DNA of 25,371 nt from a virus (Duplodnaviria > Caudoviricetes). Under the pieces are notes generated by a model, which saw only the letters and a list, made by a program, of their open reading frames with translations, was not told where the DNA came from and made no database searches. Every line of letters begins with the position of its first letter. Position 1 is the first letter of the stretch. This document shows positions 24,852 through 25,371 of this stretch, in pieces. The stretch covers positions 1 through 25,371 of the IMG/VR virus record IMGVR_UViG_3300037631_003982; one strand, written 5' to 3'. A program made the position numbers and the translations under genes.

Positions 24852-25371
24852 TAAACAAATCTCACTTGAGGAAAGTATTGTATATATTGCGTAGACTTAT
24901 CTTCTCTTATATTTTGCACATTCGTTTTTATTTCGTTAAAGAAGTTCCATGCAAGAGGAATGACTACTATGTGTTCGTCTATATCTAAACTGCTTCTGTC
25001 TTTTATAGGAATGTTAGTGCCTGGTGTAAGTAAGCCTTGTTTAAGTTCGTTGTCATCAACTATCCAGTCCAACTGTATATCGTTTGCATTCAATACAGTC
25101 ATACCTTTAGCCGCCGCACCATAACCTACTACGGGTGTGCCTTCTGCTTGACACTTTGTAACTAAGTCTTTTAACTTCTCAACAATACTTCTGGCATTAT
25201 TACCAAACATTTGATAGAAGTTAGGATTGTGCCTGCCTTCTTTACCTTCTTTCCTTATAGTTTCTGTAACTGAACTTTGCACGTCAGCACCCTGATGCTT
25301 TAATACAAACACATAACTATCTCCATGTATAGGAGTTATAACTATATCTGTTAATACTAATCCTGCTCGTT
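24851..25371 (-). CDS. NDP-sugar C-methyltransferase, C-terminal part (5' end beyond window)
   Basis: Frame open to the edge: TPIHGDSYVF..., VVGYGAAAKGMTVLN, IVDDNELKQGLLTPGTNIPI, PLAWNFFNEI. Confidence 0.88.
   Translation of the reverse strand, partial: RAGLVLTDIVITPIHGDSYVFVLKHQGADVQSSVTETIRKEGKEGRHNPNFYQMFGNNARSIVEKLKDLVTKCQAEGTPVVGYGAAAKGMTVLNANDIQLDWIVDDNELKQGLLTPGTNIPIKDRSSLDIDEHIVVIPLAWNFFNEIKTNVQNIREDKSTQYIQYFPQVRFV

Noticed and set aside
1-25371. Stop-codon recoding as seen in some large phages
   Set aside because: Genes are full-length under the standard code, and TAA, TAG and TGA all end well-packed genes.
1-25371. Cellular (streamlined bacterium) origin
   Set aside because: Disfavoured but not excluded: scrambled context (clpX without clpP/tig, lone rpmG and rpsU), T4-type late motifs and phage-type hypotheticals point to a phage, although no capsid or terminase gene lies in this window.

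Overview
AT-rich window, almost entirely minus-strand and densely coding. It is best read as part of a large T4-like dsDNA phage genome rather than a cellular chromosome. Supporting this: T4-type late-promoter motifs (TATAAATA/nATAAATA) in most intergenic gaps, a SleB-type wall hydrolase, a GIY-YIG-like nuclease, many small phage-type hypotheticals, and isolated ribosomal protein genes. It carries an unusually dense set of host-like genes: a translationally coupled rpmG-clpS-sufB-cupin-sufC-sufD-sufS-sufT chain, peroxiredoxin, Hsp20, ClpX, an extended bS21, a ferritin-like protein, a membrane-anchored cytochrome c flanked by two unannotated single-TM micro-ORFs, QueD and sugar-modifying enzymes. 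Signals outside the ORF track include a ~480-nt structured region with several mutually exclusive helices ending in a ROSE-like element before hsp20, a ~130-nt candidate structured RNA at 23978-24106, six sigma70-like promoters that all have a 16-bp spacer, and several apparently leaderless genes. Family calls come from motif recognition by eye; no database search or folding program was run.
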